Both the position numbers and the translations under genes were made by a program. Positions 1 to 9,737 of a stretch of 46,451 nt of DNA are shown here, piece after piece. The stretch spans positions 1 to 46,451 of the forward strand of contig CAYUZF010000011.1 of NCBI GenBank assembly GCA_964449615.1, written 5' to 3'. Positions within the stretch are counted from its first letter, which is position 1, and each line of letters starts with the position of its first letter. A model generated the notes under the pieces. That model saw only the letters and a program-made list of their open reading frames with translations. It was not told the DNA's origin and ran no database searches. This stretch comes from an uncultured Aureispira sp. Its GTDB lineage: Bacteria > Bacteroidota > Bacteroidia > Chitinophagales > Saprospiraceae.

Positions 1-883
1 ACCCGTTGGTATTTCGGATGTTATGCTGTACTTGGGACGCGCTCTGTTTTGTAAGCCGCTGTACGATCACAATTACGACATTGGCTGTACGGATGTTTTA
101 TCGTACAAAGAGATGCTTTTGGGTTATGCGAAGGTGCGGGGCCTCAAACGCAGCATTTTTATTGTCCCTGTTATGACACCGCGTTTGTCTTCGTACTGGT
201 TGTATTTTGTCACCTCTACTACTTATAAATTAGCGTGTGCGCTGGTAGAAAGCATGCGTGTAGAAGTAGTATGCCGAACTTCTAATCTCAATAAAATCTT
301 GGGCATTGATTCAATCAGCTATGAAGAAGCGTTAGAAAAAGCATTTGCTAAAATTGACAACAATGAGATTGTTTCTAGTTGGAAAGATTCCAAAGTAAGT
401 GGCGTGCGCGATTTTAATATTTCTGATTTTGTGCGAGTGCCTTCTTATGGTTGTTTTACGGATGTGCGTTCGCGCACCTATGACGACCGCAAACGTACCA
501 TTGCTAAAATTTGGGGTATTGGGGGTAAAAATGGTTGGTACCACGCCAATATTTTATGGAAACTGCGCGGCTTGCTGGACAAGATGTTTGGAGGGGTGGG
601 TTTGCGGCGTGGGCGCACCAGCCAAACCTCATTGGCCGCGGGCGATGCGTTGGATTTTTGGCGGGTGATGTATGCCAACCGCAGCAAAGGGCGGTTGTTG
701 TTGTTTGCAGAAATGAAGTTGCCGGGAGAGGCTTGGTTAGAATTTTCGGTAGAAGGGGACAAGGTAGTGCAGACGGCTACGTTTCGTCCTAAAGGGGTAT
801 TGGGGCGTTTGTACTGGTATGCAGTGCTGCCCTTCCACGGCATTGTTTTTAGCGGAATGCTCAACAAAGTGGCGAATGCTTGA
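1..883 (+). CDS. SDR-family oxidoreductase with C-terminal DUF2867-like domain (YbjT-like), 5'-truncated by the window edge
   Basis: Frame is open from the window start (PVGISDVM...). The C-terminus has GGKNGWY, GDALDFWRV, AEMKLPGEAWLEF and GRLYWYAVLPFHG, typical of this family. Confidence 0.8.
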   Translation, partial: PVGISDVMLYLGRALFCKPLYDHNYDIGCTDVLSYKEMLLGYAKVRGLKRSIFIVPVMTPRLSSYWLYFVTSTTYKLACALVESMRVEVVCRTSNLNKILGIDSISYEEALEKAFAKIDNNEIVSSWKDSKVSGVRDFNISDFVRVPSYGCFTDVRSRTYDDRKRTIAKIWGIGGKNGWYHANILWKLRGLLDKMFGGVGLRRGRTSQTSLAAGDALDFWRVMYANRSKGRLLLFAEMKLPGEAWLEFSVEGDKVVQTATFRPKGVLGRLYWYAVLPFHGIVFSGMLNKVANA

Positions 884-897
884 TGCTTTTTTATATT

Positions 898-1887
898 TTA
901 TAACCAACCCTTTTCTTTGTACCAAGCAATGGTGCTTTTGAACCCTTCTTTAATCGGAACAGTCTGCTGAAAACCCAACTCGCGAACCGCCTTCTCGGAA
1001 CTGCAATACCAAGACGGGCGGGTAATGCGGTAGGCCCGATCTTTATTCAAGGCTACGTCTGCCCCAAACCACGATTCTGCCAGCTGCCCAAAAAAGCCCA
1101 ACGTAAAAATCACCGCATGCGGAATTCTCAGATTGATGGTCTTTTTGTCCATAGCCTCCGAAGCCAATTCTCCAAGTTGTTTCCAATTGTAACACTCCAA
1201 AGAGCCTAAAAAATAGACTTCGTTGATGGCTTTTTCGCTCGTTGCAGCCAAGTGCATGCCCTGTACCAAGTCCCGAACATGTATCAAACTCATTTCTTTG
1301 GGTTTAAACCCCATCATAGCACTCACCCCGCCTTTTATCGCCTTAAAAAAAGCAAAAATCTCCGTATCGCGAGGGCCGTAAACACCTGGAGGACGCACAA
1401 TGGTCACAGGAACGCGGTCGGCGTATTCCATCGTTGCTGCTTCCTGAGCCACTTTGCTGTAACCATAAGGCTCGATAGGGCGCAACGGATCTTCTTCCGT
1501 GACGGCACTGCCAAATTCGGCGTAGCCTGTGGCGGCCATGCTGCTCGTTACCAGCACGCGTTTGATTGTAGGGATAGCGGCGGCAGCTTCTAATACGTTC
1601 TTAGTCATTTCTACATTGCCCCGCATAAAATCGGCCTCAGTGGGTACTTTCACCACTCCTGCAATGTGATAAATATAGTGCGCGCCCAAAAATACATTTT
1701 CAAGTGCTTCCACGTCGGCTAGCCCACAAGTGTGTAGGTGGACGGGCTTGCCTTCCAGCCATTGCAAGTTACTTGTCGGGCGTACAATCGCGTGTATTTC
1801 CTGTCCCAATTCCAATAGATAATCTACTAAATGGCTTCCTACAAAACCATTGGCTCCTGTCACTACAGCAACTATTTTCTCCTCCAT
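898..1887 (-). CDS. NAD-dependent epimerase/dehydratase (extended SDR); candidate 3-oxo-ceramide or ketosphinganine reductase
   Basis: TGANGFVG Rossmann motif and YGYSK catalytic YxxxK. Divergent from spt; the specific role is inferred from context only. Confidence 0.8.
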   Translation of the reverse strand: MEEKIVAVVTGANGFVGSHLVDYLLELGQEIHAIVRPTSNLQWLEGKPVHLHTCGLADVEALENVFLGAHYIYHIAGVVKVPTEADFMRGNVEMTKNVLEAAAAIPTIKRVLVTSSMAATGYAEFGSAVTEEDPLRPIEPYGYSKVAQEAATMEYADRVPVTIVRPPGVYGPRDTEIFAFFKAIKGGVSAMMGFKPKEMSLIHVRDLVQGMHLAATSEKAINEVYFLGSLECYNWKQLGELASEAMDKKTINLRIPHAVIFTLGFFGQLAESWFGADVALNKDRAYRITRPSWYCSSEKAVRELGFQQTVPIKEGFKSTIAWYKEKGWL

Positions 1888-2002
1888 ACAGCGCGTTCTT
1901 TGTGTGCGTACTTTAATTAATAATGCGCTTGCCTTTTCCCCTGTGGGATGTTATCAGACGCAAATTTTACGGCGAATGTATGCTTTTTGCTACAAATAGT
2001 AC

Positions 2003-2010
2003 TAATTTTG
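2003..2010 (+). promoter_or_regulatory. Putative Bacteroidota -7 promoter element upstream of spt
   Basis: TAATTTTG matches TAnnTTTG, ~105 bp before the ATG at 2115. No clean -33 element at the canonical spacing. Confidence 0.35.
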
Positions 2011-2114
2011 CCCATACATATAAAAATACACTATTGCTTTATTGTGGCTAGAGTTGTGTACCTTTACGTTTTGTAGTACAATAGAGTTTGTGTTTTAAGA
2101 CAAAAAATCATCGT

Positions 2115-3338
2115 ATGAGCATACAAGATACTGATAAGAAACTACCGTCTTTGTTTGATAAATGTTATGATTACACCTACGCGGATGACGTTAAGGCCGC
2201 AGGTATTTACCCTTATTTCCGACCTATCGAAGAGAGCGAAGGCCCCGTTGTAAAGATGGAGGGAAAATCTGTAATTATGGCAGGTTCAAACAATTATTTG
2301 GGCTTGACGGCTCATCCGAAAGTAAAAGAAGCAACGGCCAACGCCCTAAAAACGTACGGCACTTCTTGTTCAGGTTCTCGCTACTTGACGGGTACGATTC
2401 CGTTGCACGAAGAACTAGAGCGCAAACTAGCCGCTTTTGTAGGTAAAGACGCCGCCCTGCTGTTTAGTACAGGTTACCAAACCAGCCAGGGCGTTATTCA
2501 GCCATTGGTAAAACGCAGCGACACCATTTTTTCTGACAAAGACAACCACGCTAGCATTCAGGCAGGCAATTTTATTGCGAAAGGTTCTACGGGCACCAAT
2601 GTTATTCGTTACAAACACAATAACATGGAAGACCTAGAGCGCAAGTTGGCCAGCATGCCGTTGGAAGCGGGTAAATTTATTGTAACGGATGGGGTATTTA
2701 GTACCTTCGGCAATGTAGCCGAATTGGATACCATTACTAAATTGGCTCAAAAATACAACGCAAAAACCTTAGTCGACGATGCCCACGCATTTGGTGTGAT
2801 TGGCGAAGGTGGTCGTGGTACGGCTAGTGAATTTGGCGTAACCGATGATACCGATTTGATCATGTGTACCTTTAGCAAAACCTTGGCCTCTTTGGGTGGT
2901 TTTGTTGCAGGAGATGAGCGCGTGATCAACTACCTCAAACACCATTCTCCTGCCTTGATTTTTAGCGCATCGCCAACGCCCTCCTCGGTAGCGGCAGCCA
3001 TTGCCGCCCTAGACATTGTGGTAGCAGAGCCAGAGCGCGTGCAACGCCTAGTCAACAATGCGGAGTTTGTTCGCAGAGAATTAAAAAGCGCAGGTTTCCA
3101 AGTCATTGATGGTAGAACGGCCATTGTCCCTGTTCTAATCGGTCATCAAGAGAAAGCCTTTGGTTTGTGGAAGGGTTTGTTTGACGCAGGTATTTTTGTA
3201 AATGTCTTTATTCCGCCCGCTACGCCCCCCAACAAATCTATGATGCGCAACAGCTTTATGGCTACCCATAACAGCGACCATTTGGAAAAAGTGGTAGAAA
3301 CGTACATTAAGGTCGGTAAGAAATTGAACATTATATAA
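2115..3338 (+). CDS. spt: Serine palmitoyltransferase (alpha-oxoamine synthase family, PLP-dependent)
   Basis: IYPYFRPIE, GSNNYLGL, CSGSRYLTGT, DDAH and TFSKT (PLP Lys) resemble Bacteroidota SPT more than BioF/KBL. A ceramide-synthase-like GNAT gene follows. ATG at 2115 preferred. Confidence 0.78.
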   Translation: MSIQDTDKKLPSLFDKCYDYTYADDVKAAGIYPYFRPIEESEGPVVKMEGKSVIMAGSNNYLGLTAHPKVKEATANALKTYGTSCSGSRYLTGTIPLHEELERKLAAFVGKDAALLFSTGYQTSQGVIQPLVKRSDTIFSDKDNHASIQAGNFIAKGSTGTNVIRYKHNNMEDLERKLASMPLEAGKFIVTDGVFSTFGNVAELDTITKLAQKYNAKTLVDDAHAFGVIGEGGRGTASEFGVTDDTDLIMCTFSKTLASLGGFVAGDERVINYLKHHSPALIFSASPTPSSVAAAIAALDIVVAEPERVQRLVNNAEFVRRELKSAGFQVIDGRTAIVPVLIGHQEKAFGLWKGLFDAGIFVNVFIPPATPPNKSMMRNSFMATHNSDHLEKVVETYIKVGKKLNII

Positions 3339-3347
3339 CCACTCGTT

Positions 3348-3400
3348 ACAAAGCACCTGTGGGTCGAGCGAAGCCAAAACCCACAGGTGCTTTGTTCTTT
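3348..3400 (+). terminator. Strong hairpin/intrinsic terminator after spt
   Basis: Perfect 17-bp stem ACAAAGCACCTGTGGGT (3348-3364) / ACCCACAGGTGCTTTGT (3379-3395), followed by TCTTT. Confidence 0.7.
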
Positions 3401-3436
3401 CCCACTTATTGAAATACCATACACACCTATAATTTT

Positions 3437-4594
3437 ATGGCTAAGATCACCATTAAAAACGCCGAGACAAAAGCGGAAAAGAAAGCGTTTATGATGCTTC
3501 CTTTCCACATTTATAAAGATAGTAAGTACTGGGTACCGCCCCTGTTGATGGACATGCGCCACATGTTTGGTATCAGTACGCTGGCAGATCGTGCGCTGGG
3601 TACCAAAGGGGAGCATCCTTTTTACGAGTACGGCCAAATGAAGTTGTTCATGGCTTATCGCAATGGCAAGGCGGTCGGAAGAATTGCAGCCGTCAATAAC
3701 CCGCGTTACAACAAATACCACCCCGAAGAGGGTGGAACGGGCTTTTTTGGCTTTTTCGAGTGCATCAACGATCAAGAGGTCGCCAATGCGCTCTTTGATA
3801 CCGTCCGCGACTGGCTCAAGCGGCACAAACTGACCAAGATGCAAGGCCCCGCGAGTCCTTCTTCCTCCTATGATTTTGGTTTATTGACCAAAGGGTTTAA
3901 CGACCGTCCACGGGTGGACATGCCTTACCAACACGAGTACTACAAAGATTTGATTACCAATTATGGATTTCCTTGTCGCCAAGAATTGTTGGCTTACAAA
4001 ATGGACGCGGAGACCATTTTCAACAATGAAAAACTAAAACGCGGCGCTGCATTGGTCAAAAAACGCTACAAGGTAGAAATTCGGCCAATCGACATGAAAA
4101 ACCTCCACCAAGAGGTAAAAAAAATCAAGGAAGTGTACAACCGCGCTTGGGAGCCTTTGTGGGGTATTGTTCCTTTGACCGATGCAGAAATTGAAGCGTA
4201 CGCTGAAAAATTCAAACTGGTGGCTATTCCTGAGCTGGTACCTTTTGTTTACGTAGATGGCAAATTGGCAGGCATGGCTGTGGCGATGCTGGATTTTAAT
4301 AAGATCTTGCAGGAGATGAACGGCAAACTCTTTCCGCATGGTTATAAGCTCTTTACCGATAGAAGTAAGGTAGAGTGGATGCGCGTTATTCTGCTGGGCT
4401 TGTTTCCCGAATACCAGGGCAAAGGCATTGATGCGGTGGTGTACAAACACCTAATTGACGCAGGTTTAGAACACGGCTTTAAATACTGCGAAGGCAGTTA
4501 TATTCTCAAAGAAAACGAAATGATGAACCGCGGGATGCGGGCGGTAAGCGGCGAGGTGTACAAGGAGTATAAGATTTACGAAAAGGAAATCTAG
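3437..4594 (+). CDS. Two-domain GNAT acyltransferase, bacterial ceramide synthase (bCerS)-like
   Basis: IYKDSKYWVPPL, GRIAA, GFFGFFECINDQEVANALFD and PEYQGKGI acyl-CoA motif. Directly downstream of spt. Confidence 0.7.
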   Translation: MAKITIKNAETKAEKKAFMMLPFHIYKDSKYWVPPLLMDMRHMFGISTLADRALGTKGEHPFYEYGQMKLFMAYRNGKAVGRIAAVNNPRYNKYHPEEGGTGFFGFFECINDQEVANALFDTVRDWLKRHKLTKMQGPASPSSSYDFGLLTKGFNDRPRVDMPYQHEYYKDLITNYGFPCRQELLAYKMDAETIFNNEKLKRGAALVKKRYKVEIRPIDMKNLHQEVKKIKEVYNRAWEPLWGIVPLTDAEIEAYAEKFKLVAIPELVPFVYVDGKLAGMAVAMLDFNKILQEMNGKLFPHGYKLFTDRSKVEWMRVILLGLFPEYQGKGIDAVVYKHLIDAGLEHGFKYCEGSYILKENEMMNRGMRAVSGEVYKEYKIYEKEI

Positions 4595-4704
4595 TGTTGG
4601 TATACCAACCCTGTGTTGATTTGGTACGTCTTGGGTACGAAAAGACCTTGTTGCTTTTTTATACCCCTGATACTTCTTTAAAAGGTGTTTCAATCCAAAT
4701 CACT

Positions 4705-5439
4705 ATGCAAGCACTTCGTTTTTTATTGTTATTGGTTGCCGTTGTAAGTGTTAGCCTTAGCGTTCAATCTTGTAAGAAAGACTATACCTTCTCAGAGGAA
4801 GTTAATCAAAACAGAATAGAGACCTATTTTGAACTGTTCTACGATAACGTAAACGATTCTACTTTTACAACGGCTCAATTTGGTTACCGCCAGTCCTTAA
4901 TCTCACCAGGTGCATCAAGATACCACCGTCTAGAACTGAACGATGGTTCTTCTATTTCTTTTGAGGGACAAGCCATGGAATGGAACGCCTCTACTGAACA
5001 GTACGAATTATCCCTGCCTGCTGGCTCAGGGGTAAGCAGCGGTACTTTTTCTTATACCGACAATGAGGGCAACAGTTTTGACAATTTAGCAGAAACCAAC
5101 CCCATCAACTTTACCGCTGTTTTGGACAGCATCCCTACGGACAGCAACTACACGGTAGCTTGAGTAGGAGATACAGTAAACATTGATTACATTCAAGTTT
5201 ACACAACCCCTACAGCTAACCCCTCTCGAGCAGCCCTTGTAGAAACTGGAAACTTTGGTAATGATTCTAGTAGTGGATCACTTAGATTTTTGGGAAGCAA
5301 CTTAGCGAATACTAATTTCAATATGCTATCTATCTGGATCAACAATCGTCGATCCGTTCCTGCTGTTAATAATTCTGGCAAAGGGAGTATTTCCTCTCGA
5401 TATTTAGACGGCATGACCGATATACCAACAAAACGCTAA
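4705..5439 (+). pseudogene. Lipoprotein interrupted by an in-frame TGA at 5161-5163; paralog of 5584-6279
   Basis: Signal peptide with VQSC lipobox. The frame stays open for 91 codons after the TGA, to TAA at 5437-5439. The TGA aligns with a Trp of the paralog (NYTVA*VGD vs SYNLVWSGN), and downstream MLSIWIN and SRYLD match VVSVWLN and GKYLD. Confidence 0.75.
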
Positions 5440-5583
5440 GAAAATATATATATTTATTTTTACAAAAAAATATAAAAATTGGAACGCTTTTGGAAAACAG
5501 TTAGTTCGTACGTACATCCTATTTATTACAAAACTTTATTACAAAGGCGTTGTGTAAGCAATGCTGTATAAATTTCTACTATC

Positions 5584-6279
5584 ATGCGTATACTATCTCT
5601 TTCTCTACTGTTTTTTGTGGTTCTGGCTTTCAGCTCCATCACCCAATCTTGCCAAGAGGCGGAAGACTCTGTTGATGTTAATCAGGATAAAATTCACCAG
5701 TATTTAGAACTGCAGTACAATGCATTTGAAGACAAAACAACAGCGGTAGCCCAGTTTAGATTTGGCAACGCTATTGGCACGCCGCTCAAACTAACAGGCA
5801 ATGCGGCCATCACTGCCGACGGCAACGTAATGACTTGGAACGAGATGCTGAACCGCTACGAATGGACTTGGACAGGCGAAACCAGCAACACGACGTTTTC
5901 ATATACCGACAATGATTTAAATACCTTTGTCAACAGCATAGAAGTGCGGGAGATTGCTATTCCTGCTTCCCTAGATACCATTTCGCAAGACAGTTCTTAC
6001 AATCTAGTTTGGTCGGGTAATGCTCTGGATACCAACGAAGAAGTACAGGCTATTGTTAATGAACAGGGTGAAGTTAACGGTACCATATTCGATCAAAAAA
6101 ATGTAGGTGCGACTAGCATTACACTAACCAAAAATCGTTTGGCTACCGTTGATCCTGGCGTTGTTTCGGTTTGGTTGAATAGAGATTACAAGCCTGCTAT
6201 TGTACAAGCGACAGACGCGGGTGGTATTATCGTGGGTAAATATTTGGACATCAAACAGAACGTTACGCTAAAAAATTAA
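5584..6279 (+). CDS. Putative lipoprotein of unknown function
   Basis: Hydrophobic signal with TQSC lipobox. Shares VNQ-I--Y-EL-Y, TAQF and FSYTDN motifs with the upstream paralog. Confidence 0.8.
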   Translation: MRILSLSLLFFVVLAFSSITQSCQEAEDSVDVNQDKIHQYLELQYNAFEDKTTAVAQFRFGNAIGTPLKLTGNAAITADGNVMTWNEMLNRYEWTWTGETSNTTFSYTDNDLNTFVNSIEVREIAIPASLDTISQDSSYNLVWSGNALDTNEEVQAIVNEQGEVNGTIFDQKNVGATSITLTKNRLATVDPGVVSVWLNRDYKPAIVQATDAGGIIVGKYLDIKQNVTLKN

Positions 6280-6306
6280 TTCCTCGGCATAGTCGAATCG
6301 GAAAAG

Positions 6307-6344
6307 AGCTTTACTACAAAAAGATTGTGGTAAGGCTTTTTTTT
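6307..6344 (+). terminator. Rho-independent terminator
   Basis: Stem AGCTTTACTACAA / TTGTGGTAAGGCT (with G-U pairs) followed by a T run, just after the lipoprotein stop. Confidence 0.65.
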
Positions 6345-6379
6345 GATACCTTCGCACTACAAACCAACACTTAATTTTG

Positions 6380-7081
6380 ATGTTACAACTAACGCCTTTG
6401 GAATGGGACAGTACTTTTTTTGGCAAAAAAATAGCTCGTCTACAAGCCACCACGCCTGCGGAAGCCTTAGCAGGTTTGCGCCAACCCACTGCCCGTTCTT
6501 ATGATTTGATTTATGTAGTCCTACCAGGGGATGTACCCATTACCCAACCAGTAGAAGGATTGACCTTAGTCGACCAACAGGTTGTCTACAAACATCTAAT
6601 TGACCCCTTGGCCACTTATATCAAAGCAGCAGCTATTCAAACCTACCATCCTTCGACCCCTGAAGAGCGTTTTTACCAACTTACCCTTAGAAGTGGACAC
6701 CGTTCGCGTTTCAAAGTAGATCCTAGATTTCCGCAAGTAGATTTTGAGCGTTTGTATCGCAAATGGGCGGACAATGCGGTTAATCGGAGTTTTGCGGAAG
6801 TTGTTTTTGTGTATAAAGAGGAGCAAGATTTGCAAGGGATGATGACTTTAGTTACCAAAAACGGCGTAGGGGAAATGCAGTTGTTGGCGGTAGCAGAGGA
6901 AGCGGGCAGACGCGGCATAGGGTTGGCGCTGTTGCAAACTGCCTTGCACTACTTTCAAAAAAAGGGCTTAGACCACTTCATTCTAGCTACCCAAAGAGAC
7001 AATTTGCCCGCCTGTGCTTTTTACGAAAAAAACGGTTTTACCATTCAATCTATTAGCAACATTTACCATTATTGGCAATGA
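6380..7081 (+). CDS. wecD: GNAT acetyltransferase, dTDP-fucosamine acetyltransferase (WecD/RffC)-like
   Basis: LEWDSTFFG, HRSRFKVDPRF, LYRKW, RRGIG and ATQRDNLPACAFYEKNGF. ATGA overlap with wecE. Confidence 0.75.
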   Translation: MLQLTPLEWDSTFFGKKIARLQATTPAEALAGLRQPTARSYDLIYVVLPGDVPITQPVEGLTLVDQQVVYKHLIDPLATYIKAAAIQTYHPSTPEERFYQLTLRSGHRSRFKVDPRFPQVDFERLYRKWADNAVNRSFAEVVFVYKEEQDLQGMMTLVTKNGVGEMQLLAVAEEAGRRGIGLALLQTALHYFQKKGLDHFILATQRDNLPACAFYEKNGFTIQSISNIYHYWQ

Positions 7082-8208
7082 TTCCATTCAATAAACCTTA
7101 CCTAACGGGCAAGGAAACGCATTATATCTACCAAGCGGTTTCTTCTGGAAAAATTTCGGGAAACGGCGTTTTCACCAAAAAGTGCCAAGCGTTCCTAGAA
7201 GCGCAATACGGCTTTACCAAAACGCTGTTGACCACCTCCTGCACCGATGCACTGGAGATGATCAGTTTACTTTTGCGGTTGCAGCCTGGTGACGAGGTTA
7301 TTATGCCTTCTTATACCTTTGTCTCTACGGCCAACGCGTTTTTGTTGAGAGGGGTGCGCATTCGCTTTGCCGATTCTTACGCCCATAATCCCAACATTGA
7401 TCCCGCTTGTATCGAGCCGTTGATCACGCCACAAACTAAGGCTCTTGTAGTGGTGCATTACGCGGGTATTGCCTGCGATATGGACGCCATTATGGCACTG
7501 GCCAAACGCCACAATTTGTACGTCATTGAAGATGCTGCACAAGCCATTGACGCCTATTACAAAGGGCAAGCACTGGGGAGTATTGGACATTTGGGTGCCT
7601 TTTCTTTTCACGAAACCAAAAATATTATCGCTGGCGAAGGCGGTGCTTTGCTCATCAACGACCAAGCCTATACAGAGCGGGCGGAAATTATTTGGGAGAA
7701 AGGAACCAACCGAGCCGCTTTTTTTAGAGGAGAAATCAACAAATACGGCTGGGTAGATATCGGATCATCTTTTTTGCCCGCGGATACTGTTGCTGCATTT
7801 TTGTACGCCCAGTTGGAAAACATTGATTTAATACAAGCCAAGCGCAAACAGATTTGGCAAACTTACCAGACGCGGTTACAAGCTTGCGCCGATGCAGGTT
7901 TTATCACTTTGCCACAGATTCCCGAATATGCCACCCACAATGCGCATTTGTTTTATTTGGTCTGTGCTTCGCACGAGGTGCAGGCCGCTTTGCTGGCGCA
8001 TCTCAAAAAGGCGGGAATTTTGGCGGTCTTTCACTACCTTTCTTTGCACAAAAGCAGCTTTTTCGAAACCTTGCACGATGGCCGTGCATTGCCCAACAGC
8101 GATAAATTTTCTAATTGTCTGGTGCGTTTGCCGTTGTTTTACGAACTGAGCGAGGAACAAGTGGATTATATTGTAACCACGATACAAAACTTTTTTTTCA
8201 AGAAATAG
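7078..8208 (+). CDS. wecE: dTDP-4-amino-4,6-dideoxygalactose transaminase (WecE/RffA)
   Basis: MIPFNKP, SCTDALEM, VHYAG, EDAAQA, SFHETKN (PLP Lys), EKGTNR and RLPLFY. Confidence 0.9.
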   Translation: MIPFNKPYLTGKETHYIYQAVSSGKISGNGVFTKKCQAFLEAQYGFTKTLLTTSCTDALEMISLLLRLQPGDEVIMPSYTFVSTANAFLLRGVRIRFADSYAHNPNIDPACIEPLITPQTKALVVVHYAGIACDMDAIMALAKRHNLYVIEDAAQAIDAYYKGQALGSIGHLGAFSFHETKNIIAGEGGALLINDQAYTERAEIIWEKGTNRAAFFRGEINKYGWVDIGSSFLPADTVAAFLYAQLENIDLIQAKRKQIWQTYQTRLQACADAGFITLPQIPEYATHNAHLFYLVCASHEVQAALLAHLKKAGILAVFHYLSLHKSSFFETLHDGRALPNSDKFSNCLVRLPLFYELSEEQVDYIVTTIQNFFFKK

Positions 8209-8220
8209 CAAACAACTGGC

Positions 8221-9735
8221 ATGAAGCGTTACGCTCTACTCTGGATTTTTTTGACGGCTTTGGTAGCGGGTTGGTTGTGGAATGAAATGAACCTGTATGT
8301 GGCCAAAAAGCAGGGCGCTGTAGTGCATTACGATGCCGTTATACGGCACCCTGACAACAGTTGGTACACGCCTCCTATTAAATATTTATTACAGGGAAAG
8401 GGGTATACTTTAGATCCCAAAGAGCCTGAGTTAGCCGTTCGTAGAACCCCAGGGTACCCCCTTTTTTACGGGCTGCATTATTGGTTGTTTGGGGAGGAAG
8501 GCAGTTACCGCTATATCCGTTACTCGCAGTTGCTGTTTTATGCTTTGGCGAGTGTCTTATTGGCGCTGGCTGTATTTAATTTTACCAGCAATCGGCGCTG
8601 GGCCTTTTTTGCGGGCTTATTAAATGCTCTGCTTCCCTTCACGGTTTGTTACCTCTACCAAGTGCTGACGGAAGGCATTACTACCAGTATTTTAGCGACG
8701 GTTTTATACCTCTATTCTCTTTATTATAAAAAAGAACAACAGCGTTATGTATTTTTTACGGGCATAGCCTTAGGGGTGTTGTTTTTAACGCGTCCTTTGT
8801 TGGGGTTGCTCCTGCCTGCGGTAGGATTGACGTTGTTTTCTTGGCGGGAGCTGTTTCGGTTTAAATGGGCTTATTGGAAAAGCATTATTCTTGTAGAATT
8901 AATCGTGTTAGGCGGGTTTTTATTGGTGGTAACGCCGTGGACGATGCGCAATTATCAAGTAACCGATGGGGAGATCATTGTTGCGGAGAAAGCTTACCAC
9001 GGTGATTTTATGGATTATGGCCGCGCACACCTACAGTTGCGAAGCCTATACAGTAGTTGGACCAATACGGGCGATGGACGCATTGAACGGCTCTCTTCTG
9101 CCCTGATCGCTGCCCCGCCTCCACAAGCCAAGCCCCTCATAAATAACTTTTTATCGGAACAACCTACTTCCGTTTACGAAGTAATTCCGAGAGACAGCTT
9201 TCGGCAAGCTTTACAAGCGTTGTATCAATGTTATCAAGACCGCGCCGAATTTAGGCAGGTACACCCCGAAGCTAAACGAGCGCAATGGCTTAATTTGCCT
9301 TGCCAATTTGAATTAGAAGCACAGTTTAAGCGCTGGCAAGTGCGTTACCAGCAGCAGCGAAAAATAGCGTACCACGTAAAAGTCCCTGCCAAAACACTGT
9401 TTAAAATCGTAGTGCAAAGCCATTCCAACGCGGTTGTTCCGTTGGCTCCTACGGCCACTACATTGAGCGAAAAATTGGGCAAATTAATGCTGTTGAGTAT
9501 ACACGTGCTGCTGTTTTTAAGTCTATTGCTGTTTGTAATCTTGGGACCAGCGGAGGCGGCTCCACTTCGATTCATTGGGGCTTTTACCTTTGTATTTTTA
9601 TCGCTTTTTTTGGCGGTGGCGTTGCGGCATTTTGAAAACCGATATATGGTGCCGCTTTTTCCACTTCTATACATAGCGGCGGCCTACTGGCTGGCGCAGT
9701 TGTGGAAGGGCTTCAAAGGGAACGAAACCATTTAG
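8221..9735 (+). CDS. Polytopic membrane glycosyltransferase (GT-C fold, ArnT/PMT-like)
   Basis: Many TM segments; RTPGYPLF, LTE, LTRP, PWTMRNY and RYMVP motifs. Confidence 0.65.
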   Translation: MKRYALLWIFLTALVAGWLWNEMNLYVAKKQGAVVHYDAVIRHPDNSWYTPPIKYLLQGKGYTLDPKEPELAVRRTPGYPLFYGLHYWLFGEEGSYRYIRYSQLLFYALASVLLALAVFNFTSNRRWAFFAGLLNALLPFTVCYLYQVLTEGITTSILATVLYLYSLYYKKEQQRYVFFTGIALGVLFLTRPLLGLLLPAVGLTLFSWRELFRFKWAYWKSIILVELIVLGGFLLVVTPWTMRNYQVTDGEIIVAEKAYHGDFMDYGRAHLQLRSLYSSWTNTGDGRIERLSSALIAAPPPQAKPLINNFLSEQPTSVYEVIPRDSFRQALQALYQCYQDRAEFRQVHPEAKRAQWLNLPCQFELEAQFKRWQVRYQQQRKIAYHVKVPAKTLFKIVVQSHSNAVVPLAPTATTLSEKLGKLMLLSIHVLLFLSLLLFVILGPAEAAPLRFIGAFTFVFLSLFLAVALRHFENRYMVPLFPLLYIAAAYWLAQLWKGFKGNETI

Positions 9736-9737
9736 GG

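Noticed and set aside
2115-3338. bioF or kbl annotation
   Set aside because: No bio or tdh genes are adjacent, and the motifs and bCerS-like neighbour favour SPT. Not fully excluded without a phylogeny.
3146-3844. 232-aa antisense ORF (and similar shadow ORFs such as 41667-42407 and 10083-10649)
   Set aside because: They lie opposite well-supported genes and have no recognisable motifs.
5161-5163. Selenocysteine or alternative genetic code at the in-frame TGA
   Set aside because: The position aligns with Trp, not Cys, and TGA acts as a normal stop for other genes in the window.
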